The translations under genes were made by a program, and so were the position numbers. A stretch of 64,000 nt of DNA from Escherichia coli (GTDB lineage: Bacteria > Pseudomonadota > Gammaproteobacteria > Enterobacterales > Enterobacteriaceae), in the NCBI RefSeq assembly GCF_013122565.1, contig NZ_CP053258.1. One strand, written 5' to 3'. How positions within the stretch are numbered: the first letter of the stretch is position 1; every line of letters starts with the position of its first letter. A model generated the notes under the pieces. That model was given only the letters and a program-made list of their open reading frames with translations, was not told where the DNA came from and made no database searches. Below, piece after piece: positions 1 to 12,054 of the stretch.

Positions 1-3000
1 GTGGGGCCAGCACTTCACGATTACCGTTGTGCCCCTGTTCGCTGACAATCCCCTGCGCTTCCATCTGTTCGATAATACGCGCTGCACGGTTATAACCAAT
101 GCGGAACTGACGCTGTACGCCTGAAATTGACGCTTTGCGTTTTTCAGTGACAAACTGCACCGCCTGATCGAACAACGGATCCAGTTCTTCAGCGCCATCG
201 AAACCGCCCGCGCCACCTTCGCTTTCGCTGTCGGAGGTGATGCCATCAACATACTGTGGGCGACCACGCGCTTTCCAGTCCTGCACCACGGCATGAACTT
301 CCTGATCGCGAACAAAAGCACCATGGACACGTACCGGTAACGTGGAGTTCGGCCCAGAGTAGAGCATATCCCCCATACCCAGCAGTGATTCCGCACCAGC
401 CTGATCAAGAATGGTACGTGAGTCAATCTTACTGGATACGGTAAAGGCGATACGGGTCGGAATATTCGCTTTAATCAGACCAGTAATAACATCAACCGAT
501 GGACGCTGAGTTGCCAGTACGAGGTGGATACCCGCGGCACGGGCTTTTTGCGCCAGACGTGCTATCAGCTCTTCCACTTTTTTACCTACCGTCATCATCA
601 GGTCGGCAAATTCGTCCACCAACACCACAATGTATGGTTCTTTTTTCAGCACCGGATGCTGGGCGTCCATACTGTCACCCGGCTTCCAGTACGGGTCTGG
701 AATCGGACGCATCATGCGATCGGCTTCAGCAATTTTTTCGTTATAACCCGCCAGATTACGCACACCCAGCGCAGACATCAGTTTATAACGACGCTCCATC
801 TCGTTAACACACCAGCGCAGCGCGTTGGCGGCATCTTTCATATCAGTAACGACTTCCGTTAACAGGTGCGGAATGCCTTCATAAACCGAAAGCTCCAGCA
901 TTTTCGGGTCGATCATGATGAAACGCACATCTTCTGGCTGCGCTTTATAAAGCATGCTCAGGATCATCGCGTTCACACCGACAGACTTACCGGAACCGGT
1001 AGTCCCCGCAACCAACAAGTGCGGCATTTTCGCCAGATCGGCAACCACCGGCTCACCGGCGATATCTTTACCCAGCACCACGGTTAATGGCGACGGATTA
1101 TCGCGGAATTTGGCGTTATCCAAAACTTCGCGCAGATATACGGTTTGTCGTTTTTTATTCGGTAACTCCAGACCTACATAGGGTTTGCCAGGAATAACTT
1201 CAACGACACGCACCGCCACCGTCGAAAGTGAACGGGCAAGGTCCCGTGACAAGTTAGAAATGCGCGCCGCTTTTACGCCAGGAGCCAAGTTAAGTTCAAA
1301 GCGAGTGATAACTGGCCCCGGAGAGTAATTGACGACATCGGCTTTAATACGGAAATCAGCCAGACGCGCTTCCACCAGGCGCGCCATTTGTTCAAGCGCA
1401 AAGGCATCTACCGGCTCCACTTCGCTCGGCGGAGGTGTCAGCAAATCCAGAGAAGGCAGCGGCGTCGTCGGTTTATGCAACGGACGGCTGTCGCCATTAC
1501 GCATCAACAGCGGATGAAGCAGGGTATCCTGCGGCTGTGGCGCAACTGGCTGTTGTGGCTGCTGATACTGCGGCTGCGGTGCAACCGGTTGTTGCGGCTG
1601 CTGATACTGCGGCTGCGGTGCAACCGGTTGTTGCGGCTGTTGATACTGCGGCTGCGGCGCAACTGGTTGTTGCGGCTGCTGATATTGCTGCTGTGGCGCA
1701 ACCGGTTGTTGCGGCTGCTGATATTGTGGCTGCGGCGCAACCTGCTGTTGTGGCTGCTGATACTGCGGCTGCGGCGCAACCGGCTGTTGCGGCTGCTGAT
1801 ATTGCTGCTGTGGCGCAACCGGTTGTTGCGGCTGCTGTACAGGTTCAACAATTGGCGTAAACAGCGGTTCGTGTGGACCATCATCCAGCAACGCTTTCAT
1901 TGGCGAAAATTCAAAATCATCCAGCGAGAACGGATTCGCCCCAGCCGGTTGTTCGCCGGAATAACGTTGTTGTTGAGTTTGCGCAAACTGACGAGCCAGT
2001 TCAGCCTCTGCCGCAGCATCTGCATCTTCTGCGTTTACGGGCACATCATGTTGATACTGTTCGCCATAGCGTTGCTGCTGTGTCTGGGCGAACTGACGTG
2101 CCAGTTCATCCTGCTGCATCGCATCGATTTCATCATCGTTGTACTGATCGCCAGAATCGTACTGATTGCGCTGGGCTTCACGGGCTTTTTCTTCCGCCGC
2201 ACGCTGTGAGGGCAGCTTAATACCGTAAGACGCCAATTCACGACGAGTTGGCACGCGGATACGTTTCGGTCGTGGCAACTGCGGGCCAATCCCCTCTTTG
2301 ACCTGCGGACGCGGTCCACCGCTATTTGCCAGACTGAAGACTGGCGCGGCAACGGTTGCGGCAGCCCCCGTCGCCAGTGTCGCTTTTTTCACGCCAGATG
2401 CCAGCGGAGAAACAGCGGCAGCGGCTTCTACTGGAGGTACTGCTGCAACAGAAGGTGCTTTCAGCGAAGATTTGATCGGTTCTGGTTCTTTAACCGGTTC
2501 TGGAATCGGTTGATACCAGGCCGCAAGTTGTTCACGTTCACGGGCTCGCTTCTCTTCCACTTCTTCAAAGTAGTAAAGCGGCGGACGCGCGGGTTTTGTC
2601 TCTTCTACAACGGGTTCAGGCTCCACAACAGGCTGCTGTTCAACAGGTTGCGGCTGTTGGTACAACGGCTCCTGAGCGGCTGGCTGCTGATAAGTTTGCT
2701 CAGTCTGGTATGTAGACTGTGGAGCAAAAGTGGATTGCTGCTCTTCGGCTTGCCAGGCGTTACCTGCCACCGGTTGTTCTGGCGCAGGGGCATAATACGG
2801 CTGTTGCGCAGGCTGTTCCGGCGCAGTTGCGTAATACGGTTGCTGAACAGGTTGTTCCGCCGCAGGAGCGTAGTAAGGTTGTTGCGCAGGTTGTTCAGCT
2901 GCAGGTGCATAATACGGCTGATGCGGCTGTACTGGTTGTTGCAGCGGCTCATTATATTGCACTGCAGGCTGCGCATATTGTGACTGCTGTGGGTAACCTT

Positions 3001-4132
3001 CCGGTGCAGGAGCAATAACCGGCTCTCCCGTTTGTGGACCCGGTACAGGCTGCCAGGCTACTGTAGGTTGCGAAGGTGGAACATCAACAGAGGCAACAGG
3101 CGGCGTCTGAGTCACAGGTTCAACCGACGCAGCCCAGCTTTGTGTCGCCGTGGTAGCAGCAGCTGCTACAGCGACAGGTTCGGTAATTGGCGCACCGTTT
3201 AATAATGGATCGTATTCGTCATATTCTGGCTGCGTTGCACGATTGCCCGAAAATAGGACGTCGTCAGGGTCGGCAACCACACCGCGTGCAGTGTAGGTAA
3301 TCTCTTCTTCATCATCCATCCGCTTACCGGAGAACAGCGCAGCATCTGTTTGCCGCCCCATCGGATTAATGAATTTTTCCGCCAACCGTTTACGACGCGC
3401 TAGCGCGCCGCGAAGAATACGGGCACGGCGTGATTCATGCTGTTTGCCGTGATTTTCATCTTCATACTCTTCGTCGTCTTCATACTCATCTTCATCGACC
3501 CAGGTATCATCGCGACGGGTACGATTACTGGCGAAGGTGAGAATGTTTAAAATCCAGCCGCCGAGTTTTTCAGCAATGGTCACCCATGACCAACCGGTGA
3601 ACAACGTCAGGCCCGCTGCCCAAACGCAGAGCAGCGCAATAGTTCCCCCGCTACTGTGTAGCAGTGGTTGTAGCGTAGTGCTTAGTAAGCTGCCAATGAC
3701 GCCACCGGAGGCAAAATACCAGATATCGTCAGCGTTGATTGCCGCCAGACCACAGGAGGTAAGGATGAGCGCCAAAACGCCAATGATGCGTAGCGAAACG
3801 GCAAAATAATCAATGTATTCGTCGCTGGACTGATGACGCCAGGCAAACCAACAACCGCCGACAATAATGACGGGAATGGTGTAAGCCATCACGCCAAAAA
3901 TAAAGAACAGCGTATCTGCCAGCCATGCACCGGGCATTCCACCTAAATTATGGATAGGTTCATGCCAGGCCGTTTGCGACCAGCTGGGGTCCGAAGGGTT
4001 AAAGCTTAGTAAGGCAGCCATCAACCAGACGGCAAACAGGACAATAAGGATCAGCAACGCCTCCAGAAGGCGGCGGCCGCTACTTAACTTTGTCAATGTG
4101 ACTTCTTTGTCTTCAGTGTATTCCTGGCTCAA
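1..4132 (-). CDS. ftsK: DNA translocase FtsK, partial (last ~4 codons and stop lie before window start)
   Basis: Minus-strand frame open from TTG start at 4130-4132 (N-term [18 protein letters not shown]) to window edge; reverse complement of nt 1-60 encodes [20 protein letters not shown], the FtsK C-terminus; PQ-rich linker at 1535-1850. Confidence 0.9.
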   Translation of the reverse strand, partial: MSQEYTEDKEVTLTKLSSGRRLLEALLILIVLFAVWLMAALLSFNPSDPSWSQTAWHEPIHNLGGMPGAWLADTLFFIFGVMAYTIPVIIVGGCWFAWRHQSSDEYIDYFAVSLRIIGVLALILTSCGLAAINADDIWYFASGGVIGSLLSTTLQPLLHSSGGTIALLCVWAAGLTLFTGWSWVTIAEKLGGWILNILTFASNRTRRDDTWVDEDEYEDDEEYEDENHGKQHESRRARILRGALARRKRLAEKFINPMGRQTDAALFSGKRMDDEEEITYTARGVVADPDDVLFSGNRATQPEYDEYDPLLNGAPITEPVAVAAAATTATQSWAASVEPVTQTPPVASVDVPPSQPTVAWQPVPGPQTGEPVIAPAPEGYPQQSQYAQPAVQYNEPLQQPVQPHQPYYAPAAEQPAQQPYYAPAAEQPVQQPYYATAPEQPAQQPYYAPAPEQPVAGNAWQAEEQQSTFAPQSTYQTEQTYQQPAAQEPLYQQPQPVEQQPVVEPEPVVEETKPARPPLYYFEEVEEKRAREREQLAAWYQPIPEPVKEPEPIKSSLKAPSVAAVPPVEAAAAVSPLASGVKKATLATGAAATVAAPVFSLANSGGPRPQVKEGIGPQLPRPKRIRVPTRRELASYGIKLPSQRAAEEKAREAQRNQYDSGDQYNDDEIDAMQQDELARQFAQTQQQRYGEQYQHDVPVNAEDADAAAEAELARQFAQTQQQRYSGEQPAGANPFSLDDFEFSPMKALLDDGPHEPLFTPIVEPVQQPQQPVAPQQQYQQPQQPVAPQPQYQQPQQQVAPQPQYQQPQQPVAPQQQYQQPQQPVAPQPQYQQPQQPVAPQPQYQQPQQPVAPQPQYQQPQQPVAPQPQDTLLHPLLMRNGDSRPLHKPTTPLPSLDLLTPPPSEVEPVDAFALEQMARLVEARLADFRIKADVVNYSPGPVITRFELNLAPGVKAARISNLSRDLARSLSTVAVRVVEVIPGKPYVGLELPNKKRQTVYLREVLDNAKFRDNPSPLTVVLGKDIAGEPVVADLAKMPHLLVAGTTGSGKSVGVNAMILSMLYKAQPEDVRFIMIDPKMLELSVYEGIPHLLTEVVTDMKDAANALRWCVNEMERRYKLMSALGVRNLAGYNEKIAEADRMMRPIPDPYWKPGDSMDAQHPVLKKEPYIVVLVDEFADLMMTVGKKVEELIARLAQKARAAGIHLVLATQRPSVDVITGLIKANIPTRIAFTVSSKIDSRTILDQAGAESLLGMGDMLYSGPNSTLPVRVHGAFVRDQEVHAVVQDWKARGRPQYVDGITSDSESEGGAGGFDGAEELDPLFDQAVQFVTEKRKASISGVQRQFRIGYNRAARIIEQMEAQGIVSEQGHNGNREVLAP
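1535..1850. repeat. Tandem 39-bp repeats (about 8 units) encoding the 13-aa PQ-rich FtsK linker repeat
   Basis: Units such as ttgttgcggctgctgatactgcggctgcggtgcaaccgg recur head-to-tail with minor substitutions. Confidence 0.85.
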
Positions 4133-4266
4133 GAAAGGCTCTCCAGGTTACAGGCTTTTCCTGCCCGATGCTAAAACGGACAACAGTACCAGGTTACCCC
4201 AGTACTGTTGCTGTATGGATTAACAGGAGTGTAATCAAAATACGCCGATTTTGCACCTGTTCCGTG

Positions 4267-4761
4267 TTAGCGCGTCTTTATAACCAGACGATTACTCTGC
4301 TTGACTTCTTCCATAACAACGTATGTCCGTGTGTCATTGACGCCAGGCAGACGCAGCAGGGTTTCCCCCAGCAACTTACGGTAAGCTGACATATCCGGCA
4401 CGCGTGTTTTCAACAGGTAGTCGAAATCACCAGATACTAAATGACACTCCTGAATTTCTTCAAGTTTTTGTACAGCGGTATTGAATTGTTCAAACACATC
4501 CGGTGCGCCACGATTCAGAGTAATCTCAACGAATACCAGAAGTGATGCATCCAGATAATGGGGGTTCAGCAGCGCAGTATAGCCCTGAATAAACCCTTGT
4601 CTTTCCAGCCGACGCACACGCTCAAGGCACGGCGTTGGGGAAAGTCCCACACGTTTAGAAAGCTCGACGTTAGAAATACGCCCATCCTTTTGCAACTCAT
4701 TAAGAATGTTACGATCGATACGGTCGAGATCTTTGCCAGGGCGCTTCTTGCTATCTACCAT
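4267..4761 (-). CDS. lrp: Leucine-responsive regulatory protein Lrp (164 aa)
   Basis: ORF 4267..4815; protein from MVDSKKRPGKDLDRIDRNILNELQKDGRISNVELSKRVGLSPTPCLERVRRLERQG matches Lrp; ATG at 4759-4761. Confidence 0.95.
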   Translation of the reverse strand: MVDSKKRPGKDLDRIDRNILNELQKDGRISNVELSKRVGLSPTPCLERVRRLERQGFIQGYTALLNPHYLDASLLVFVEITLNRGAPDVFEQFNTAVQKLEEIQECHLVSGDFDYLLKTRVPDMSAYRKLLGETLLRLPGVNDTRTYVVMEEVKQSNRLVIKTR

Positions 4762-5188
4762 TATTATTGTCTCTCTGTATTCCTTCCCTACTCCTGTCTG
4801 ACCCTGAAACATCACTGTTCAGAGTCGCTACCCGTCACGATAGACCGAAATCATGAAGATTCACGGCGCGCAATGCCTGGGTCTACGGTGAGAAGACCGT
4901 TGCCTTGTGGCAGCTATCGACATCACGAATGGCGTCTGTCCACGCCATACGTAGATTTCACTAGCACGGTAAACATGGTATTTACATGCATGGTTATGCG
5001 CATATAAGAATACTGTTTTTTTTCTTCCTCGAATGTTTTCGCAAAACACCAGGGGATTGTCAAAGCAAAACATCGATTTTTAGTACAACATGCCAGATAT
5101 TCATTAACAGGGGCGTTTATTCATCATTTAATCGGCTTATAAAGCGGGAAATTTAAGTAGCAGAGGTGATAATGACGGGAGAATTTGA

Positions 5189-6271
<1,083 letters not shown>

Positions 6272-6297
6272 TTTTACAAATCAGTAACAAAAGTAAA

Positions 6298-6337
6298 GAA
6301 GGCGACACCATGCGACTATGGGTCGCCTTTATTTTTT
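6298..6337 (+). terminator. Putative rho-independent terminator after trxB
   Basis: Stem ggcgac...gtcgcc followed by ctttatttttt. Confidence 0.5.
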
Positions 6338-6393
6338 CCTCGTTGTAACATTGCTCTGCAAATAATTCTGATAACTCACCTGCTAAGCGTGCA

Positions 6394-8160
6394 ATGAATA
6401 AATCCCGTCAAAAAGAGTTAACCCGCTGGTTAAAACAGCAAAGCGTCATCTCCCAACGTTGGCTGAATATTTCTCGTCTGCTGGGCTTTGTGAGCGGCAT
6501 ATTGATCATTGCCCAGGCCTGGTTCATGGCGCGAATTCTGCAACATATGATTATGGAGAATATTCCCCGTGAAGCCCTGCTGCTTCCCTTTACGTTACTG
6601 GTTCTGACCTTTGTACTGCGCGCATGGGTGGTCTGGTTACGCGAACGGGTGGGTTATCACGCCGGGCAGCATATCCGCTTTGCCATCCGCCGTCAGGTTC
6701 TCGACCGTCTGCAACAAGCAGGGCCAGCGTGGATTCAGGGTAAACCTGCGGGGAGCTGGGCGACGCTGGTACTCGAGCAAATTGACGATATGCATGATTA
6801 CTATGCACGCTACCTGCCGCAAATGGCGCTGGCAGTGTCGGTGCCGTTGCTGATTGTGGTGGCGATCTTCCCCTCTAACTGGGCTGCGGCGCTCATTCTG
6901 CTGGGCACTGCTCCGTTAATTCCGTTGTTTATGGCGCTGGTTGGAATGGGGGCTGCCGATGCTAACCGACGTAACTTTCTCGCTCTTGCTCGCTTAAGTG
7001 GGCATTTCCTCGATCGCCTGCGCGGCATGGAAACATTGCGTATTTTTGGTCGTGGTGAAGCTGAAATTGAAAGTATTCGTTCTGCTTCGGAAGATTTCCG
7101 CCAACGGACAATGGAAGTGCTACGGCTGGCGTTTTTATCCTCCGGCATTCTCGAATTTTTTACCTCGCTATCAATTGCTCTGGTGGCGGTCTACTTTGGT
7201 TTTTCCTATCTCGGCGAGCTGGATTTTGGTCATTACGATACTGGCGTGACGCTGGCTGCGGGTTTTCTGGCCCTGATCCTTGCGCCAGAGTTTTTCCAGC
7301 CATTACGCGATCTCGGTACGTTTTATCATGCTAAAGCCCAGGCTGTTGGTGCAGCTGACAGTCTGAAAACGTTTATGGAAACCCCGCTCGCCCATCCGCA
7401 ACGTGGTGAGGCGGAATTAGCATCGACCGATCCGCTGACCATTGAGGCCGAGGATCTGTTTATCACGTCGCCGGAAGGTAAAACGCTGGCCGGACCGCTG
7501 AACTTTACTTTGCCAGCAGGCCAACGTGCAGTGTTGGTTGGTCGTAGCGGTTCAGGTAAAAGCTCACTGCTGAACGCGCTTTCTGGTTTTCTCTCATATC
7601 AGGGATCATTACGAATCAACGGGATAGAATTACGCGATTTATCACCAGAATCATGGCGTAAACATCTCTCCTGGGTTGGGCAAAACCCACAATTACCGGC
7701 AGCAACATTGCGGGATAACGTACTACTGGCGCGACCTGATGCCAGCGAACAAGAACTACAAGCAGCGCTGGATAACGCCTGGGTCAGCGAGTTTCTACCG
7801 CTCCTGCCACAAGGCGTTGATACGCCTGTTGGCGACCAGGCTGCCCGCCTTTCCGTGGGGCAGGCGCAGCGCGTGGCGGTGGCCCGTGCGTTACTAAATC
7901 CCTGTTCGCTATTACTGTTGGATGAACCCGCTGCCAGCCTTGATGCTCACAGTGAACAGCGCGTAATGGAGGCGCTGAATGCCGCCTCTCTGCGCCAGAC
8001 AACGTTAATGGTCACCCACCAGTTAGAAGATCTTGCTGACTGGGATGTCATTTGGGTTATGCAGGATGGCCGGATTATTGAGCAAGGACGTTACGCGGAA
8101 TTAAGTGTGGCTGGTGGTCCATTCGCCACATTACTGGCCCATCGTCAGGAGGAGATTTAA
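6394..8160 (+). CDS. cydD: ABC transporter CydD (glutathione/cysteine exporter for cytochrome bd assembly), 588 aa
   Basis: ORF track protein; Walker A GRSGSGKSS, ABC signature LSVGQAQR; length matches CydD. Confidence 0.93.
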   Translation: MNKSRQKELTRWLKQQSVISQRWLNISRLLGFVSGILIIAQAWFMARILQHMIMENIPREALLLPFTLLVLTFVLRAWVVWLRERVGYHAGQHIRFAIRRQVLDRLQQAGPAWIQGKPAGSWATLVLEQIDDMHDYYARYLPQMALAVSVPLLIVVAIFPSNWAAALILLGTAPLIPLFMALVGMGAADANRRNFLALARLSGHFLDRLRGMETLRIFGRGEAEIESIRSASEDFRQRTMEVLRLAFLSSGILEFFTSLSIALVAVYFGFSYLGELDFGHYDTGVTLAAGFLALILAPEFFQPLRDLGTFYHAKAQAVGAADSLKTFMETPLAHPQRGEAELASTDPLTIEAEDLFITSPEGKTLAGPLNFTLPAGQRAVLVGRSGSGKSSLLNALSGFLSYQGSLRINGIELRDLSPESWRKHLSWVGQNPQLPAATLRDNVLLARPDASEQELQAALDNAWVSEFLPLLPQGVDTPVGDQAARLSVGQAQRVAVARALLNPCSLLLLDEPAASLDAHSEQRVMEALNAASLRQTTLMVTHQLEDLADWDVIWVMQDGRIIEQGRYAELSVAGGPFATLLAHRQEEI

Positions 8161-9882
8161 ATGCGCGCTTTGCTACCCTATCTGGCACTGTATAAACGTC
8201 ATAAATGGATGTTAAGTCTTGGTATTGTGCTGGCAATTGTGACGCTGCTCGCCAGTATCGGTCTGTTGACACTTTCCGGCTGGTTCCTCTCGGCCTCAGC
8301 GGTTGCGGGGGTTGCCGGACTGTACAGCTTCAACTATATGCTACCCGCTGCGGGCGTGCGTGGTGCAGCAATCACCCGTACTGCCGGGCGTTATTTTGAA
8401 CGTCTGGTAAGTCACGACGCGACTTTCCGCGTGTTGCAGCATCTGCGCATTTACACCTTCAGCAAATTGTTGCCCCTCTCCCCTGCCGGACTGGCGCGCT
8501 ATCGTCAGGGCGAATTGCTCAACCGCGTGGTGGCGGATGTTGATACGCTCGATCATCTTTACCTGCGCGTTATCTCGCCGCTGGTGGGCGCTTTTGTGGT
8601 GATTATGGTGGTGACAATCGGGTTAAGTTTCCTTGATTTCACCCTCGCCTTTACGCTGGGCGGCATTATGTTACTGACGCTTTTCCTGATGCCACCGCTG
8701 TTTTATCGTGCGGGAAAAAGCACCGGGCAAAATCTGACTCATCTTCGCGGACAGTATCGCCAACAACTGACGGCCTGGCTGCAAGGGCAAGCTGAGCTGA
8801 CCATTTTTGGTGCCAGCGATCGTTATCGCACGCAACTAGAGAATACAGAAATTCAATGGCTGGAAGCGCAACGCCGTCAATCTGAACTGACCGCATTGTC
8901 GCAAGCGATAATGCTGCTCATTGGCGCGTTAGCGGTGATCCTGATGCTGTGGATGGCGTCTGGCGGCGTTGGCGGCAATGCTCAACCCGGCGCGTTAATT
9001 GCCCTGTTTGTCTTTTGCGCGTTAGCCGCGTTTGAAGCACTGGCACCAGTAACGGGTGCATTTCAGCATCTGGGGCAAGTCATTGCCTCTGCCGTTCGGA
9101 TCACTGATTTAACGGATCAAAAACCGGAGGTCACCTTCCCTGATACCCAAACTCGTGTTGCCGATCGCGTTTCGCTGACGTTACGGGATGTTCAGTTCAC
9201 TTATCCGGAGCAATCTCAACAGGCACTTAAAGGGATTTCTCTTCAGGTAAACGCCGGGGAACATATAGCGATTCTCGGGCGAACCGGATGCGGCAAATCA
9301 ACACTGTTACAACTGCTGACCCGCGCATGGAACCCGCAACAGGGCGAGATTTTGCTTAACGATAGCCCCATAGCCAGCCTGAATGAAGCGGCTCTACGAC
9401 AGACCATCAGCGTTGTTCCCCAGCGAGTGCATCTGTTTAGCGCCACGCTGCGTGATAATCTGTTACTCGCCTCACCTGGCAGTAGTGATGAGGCTCTGGC
9501 GGAGATCTTGCGTCGAGTTGGTCTGGAGAAGCTGCTCGAGGATGCAGGTCTCAACAGTTGGTTAGGTGAAGGCGGACGCCAGCTCTCCGGTGGAGAACTG
9601 CGCCGTCTGGCTATCGCCCGTGCGCTGTTACATGATGCGCCGCTGGTATTGTTGGATGAACCTACAGAAGGCTTAGATGCCACAACCGAAAGTCAGATCC
9701 TTGAATTGCTTACAGAAATGATGCGTGAGAAAACGGTGTTAATGGTCACCCATCGACTTCGGGGACTCTCTCGTTTCCAACAAATAATAGTTATGGACAA
9801 CGGGCAAATTATTGAGCAAGGTACTCACGCAGAACTGCTTGCCAGACAGGGGCGTTATTACCAGTTCAAGCAGGGTTTGTAA
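8161..9882 (+). CDS. cydC: ABC transporter CydC, 573 aa
   Basis: Starts immediately after cydD stop; Walker A GRTGCGKST, signature LSGGELRR. Confidence 0.93.
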   Translation: MRALLPYLALYKRHKWMLSLGIVLAIVTLLASIGLLTLSGWFLSASAVAGVAGLYSFNYMLPAAGVRGAAITRTAGRYFERLVSHDATFRVLQHLRIYTFSKLLPLSPAGLARYRQGELLNRVVADVDTLDHLYLRVISPLVGAFVVIMVVTIGLSFLDFTLAFTLGGIMLLTLFLMPPLFYRAGKSTGQNLTHLRGQYRQQLTAWLQGQAELTIFGASDRYRTQLENTEIQWLEAQRRQSELTALSQAIMLLIGALAVILMLWMASGGVGGNAQPGALIALFVFCALAAFEALAPVTGAFQHLGQVIASAVRITDLTDQKPEVTFPDTQTRVADRVSLTLRDVQFTYPEQSQQALKGISLQVNAGEHIAILGRTGCGKSTLLQLLTRAWNPQQGEILLNDSPIASLNEAALRQTISVVPQRVHLFSATLRDNLLLASPGSSDEALAEILRRVGLEKLLEDAGLNSWLGEGGRQLSGGELRRLAIARALLHDAPLVLLDEPTEGLDATTESQILELLTEMMREKTVLMVTHRLRGLSRFQQIIVMDNGQIIEQGTHAELLARQGRYYQFKQGL

Positions 9883-9923
9883 GCTATTATTGAACGATCC
9901 GACTTGCGTGGAGTTTTGCGGTC

Positions 9924-10628
9924 ATGCGCCTGGTTCAGCTTTCTCGCCATTCAATAGCCTTCCCTTCCCCGGAAGGCGCATTACGTGAGCCTAACGGCCT
10001 GCTGGCACTGGGGGGCGATCTTAGCCCTGCGCGCCTGTTAATGGCTTACCAGCGTGGTATTTTTCCGTGGTTTTCTCCAGGCGACCCCATCCTCTGGTGG
10101 TCGCCCGATCCTCGCGCGGTGCTTTGGCCTGAATCACTGCATATCAGCCGTAGTATGAAGCGATTTCATAAACGCTCGCCCTATCGTGTCACGATGAATT
10201 ACGCTTTTGGTCAGGTCATTGAAGGCTGTGCCAGCGATCGCGAAGAAGGAACCTGGATCACGCGTGGCGTGGTCGAAGCCTACCATCGCCTTCACGAACT
10301 CGGTCATGCCCACTCCATTGAAGTCTGGCGTGAAGATGAGCTTGTCGGCGGTATGTACGGCGTGGCCCAGGGAACGCTATTTTGTGGCGAGTCCATGTTC
10401 AGCCGGATGGAAAATGCGTCTAAAACGGCGCTTCTGGTATTCTGTGAGGAATTTATCGGTCATGGCGGTAAGCTTATCGACTGCCAGGTCCTTAACGATC
10501 ACACAGCATCGCTTGGTGCCTGCGAAATTCCCCGCCGGGATTATCTGAATTATCTCAACCAAATGCGCCTCGGACGCTTGCCGAATAATTTCTGGGTACC
10601 ACGATGCTTGTTTTCACCACAAGAATGA
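9924..10628 (+). CDS. aat: Leucyl/phenylalanyl-tRNA--protein transferase Aat (234 aa)
   Basis: ORF track protein [50 protein letters not shown]. Confidence 0.93.
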
Positions 10629-10909
10629 ATGTTTTCGGCACATTTCTCCCCAGAGTGTTATAATTGCGGTCGCAGAGTTGGTTACGCTCATTACCCCGCT
10701 GCCGATAAGGAATTTTTCGCGTCAGGTAACGCCCATCGTTTATCTCACCGCTCCCTTATACGTTGCGCTTTTGGTGCGGCTTAGCCGTGTGTTTTCGGAG
10801 TAATGTGCCGAACCTGTTTGTTGCGATTTAGCGCGCAAATCTTTACTTATTTACAGAACTTCGGCATTATCTTGCCGGTTCAAATTACGGTAGTGATACC
10901 CCAGAGGAT

Positions 10910-11131
<222 letters not shown>

Positions 11132-11171
11132 TTGTTTTACCGCCTGATGGGCGAAGAGAAAGAACGAGTAA

Positions 11172-11199
11172 AAGGTCGGTTTAACCGGCCTTTTTATTT
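11172..11199 (+). terminator. Putative infA terminator
   Basis: aggtcggtttaaccggcc hairpin followed by tttttatttt. Confidence 0.55.
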
Positions 11200-11312
11200 T
11201 GTGATATGTATGAAGTACTTTGGAAGTATAAGTCCATATCTTGTCTCGATGTAGATATACTGCACAAGTTGTTTACAGTATGAGCAAACAATAATTATCA
11301 TTAAAATTCTTC

Positions 11313-11341
11313 TTGACCGTTTTACTCCAACTCCCTATAGT
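11313..11341 (+). promoter_or_regulatory. Putative sigma70 promoter of serW
   Basis: -35 ttgacc (11313-11318), 17-bp spacer, -10 tatagt (11336-11341), GC-rich discriminator agcgcccc. Confidence 0.55.
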
Positions 11342-11384
11342 AGCGCCCCGTTGCCACCCATGAGGTTTGGCAGCAAAACAATTT

Positions 11385-11472
11385 GGTGAGGTGTCCGAGT
11401 GGCTGAAGGAGCACGCCTGGAAAGTGTGTATACGGCAACGTATCGGGGGTTCGAATCCCCCCCTCACCGCCA
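11385..11472 (+). tRNA. serW: tRNA-Ser (anticodon GGA), 88 nt
   Basis: GGTGAGGTGTCCGAGTGGCTGAAGGAGCACGCCTGGAAAGTGTGTATACGGCAACGTATCGGGGGTTCGAATCCCCCCCTCACCGCCA; long variable arm, T-loop GGTTCGAATCC, 3' CCA encoded. Confidence 0.95.
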
Positions 11473-11480
11473 TATTTAAA

Positions 11481-11513
11481 GAAGAGCTCGTACGAAAGTA
11501 CGAGCTTTTTTTC
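11481..11513 (+). terminator. serW rho-independent terminator
   Basis: Hairpin agctcgtac-gaaa-gtacgagct followed by ttttttt. Confidence 0.8.
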
Positions 11514-11630
11514 GCATAATGCACTCCAGGGGGGTGAGAAGCCCCGACCGGGGTTCGACAACTGGCGCAGCCAGTTGGACAGACCACGAACGCAGTGAGT
11601 GGGCTGCCCGCAGGGCGAGCGAAGCGAGTC

Positions 11631-11696
11631 AATCCCCCCCTCACCGCCATATTTAAAGAAGAACTCGTACGAAAGTACGGGCTTTTTTTTCGCATT
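11631..11696 (+). repeat. Degenerate direct duplicate of serW 3' end plus terminator (copy of 11453-11518)
   Basis: aatccccccctcaccgccatatttaaagaagaactcgtacgaaagtacgggctttttttt differs from the tRNA 3' end/terminator at only a few positions. Confidence 0.85.
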
Positions 11697-11841
11697 TTAT
11701 CTGCCTGTACGGCAGTGAATATGGTGGGCGGGTGGAGTATGTTACCAGTGAATTTCTAAGCTGCCAGTACGGCAGTGAACGTTCGCTGCAACCGCTAGCC
11801 AAGACGGTAGGTTTTTCTAAGCTGCCTGTACGGCAGTGAAC
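11693..11841 (-). CRISPR. Orphan type I-F CRISPR mini-array: 3 repeats (28 bp), 2 spacers (32-33 bp), no adjacent cas genes
   Basis: Minus-strand repeats GTTCACTGCCGTACAGGCAGCTTAGAAA at 11814-11841 (exact), 11753-11780 (1 mismatch), 11693-11720 (degenerate); spacers 11721-11752 and 11781-11813. Confidence 0.9.
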
Positions 11842-11992
11842 TCAAATACTACACGTTTAGCCCGTTGTTAATAAAGCAAAACCATCTCATTCTCATGCTA
11901 CCACCCTTTTTTATCCTTACCTTCCCGCAGCACTAATTATCAACAACTTACCATCATTATTAAAAAAAGGGTCTGAACCTCCTCCACCCCAT

Positions 11993-12030
11993 AAACAAAA
12001 AGTCCGTAACCTCTTTCGAGATTACGGACT
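11993..12030 (-). terminator. clpA rho-independent terminator
   Basis: Minus strand agtccgtaatctcgaaagaggttacggact followed by ttttgttt, just downstream of clpA stop. Confidence 0.75.
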
Positions 12031-12054
12031 TCATCAACCTACCTGACAATCAGA

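Noticed and set aside
1388-2983. Multiple ORFs on both strands (e.g. 1388..2209+, 1435..1860+, 1504..1884-, 2510..2983+, 2605..3015-)
   Set aside because: They lie inside the ftsK coding region in alternative frames; long open frames here are an artefact of the repetitive, codon-biased PQ-rich linker
11273-11695. ORFs 11273..11695(-) and 11322..11561(-)
   Set aside because: They run through the serW tRNA gene, its terminator and the duplicated tRNA 3' end; the sequence is accounted for by RNA features
11519-12054. Looked for type I-F cas genes (cas1, cas2-3, csy1-4) around the CRISPR array
   Set aside because: Only ~200 bp of non-coding sequence separates the array from clpA and ~100 bp separates it from the serW duplicate; no cas ORFs exist here
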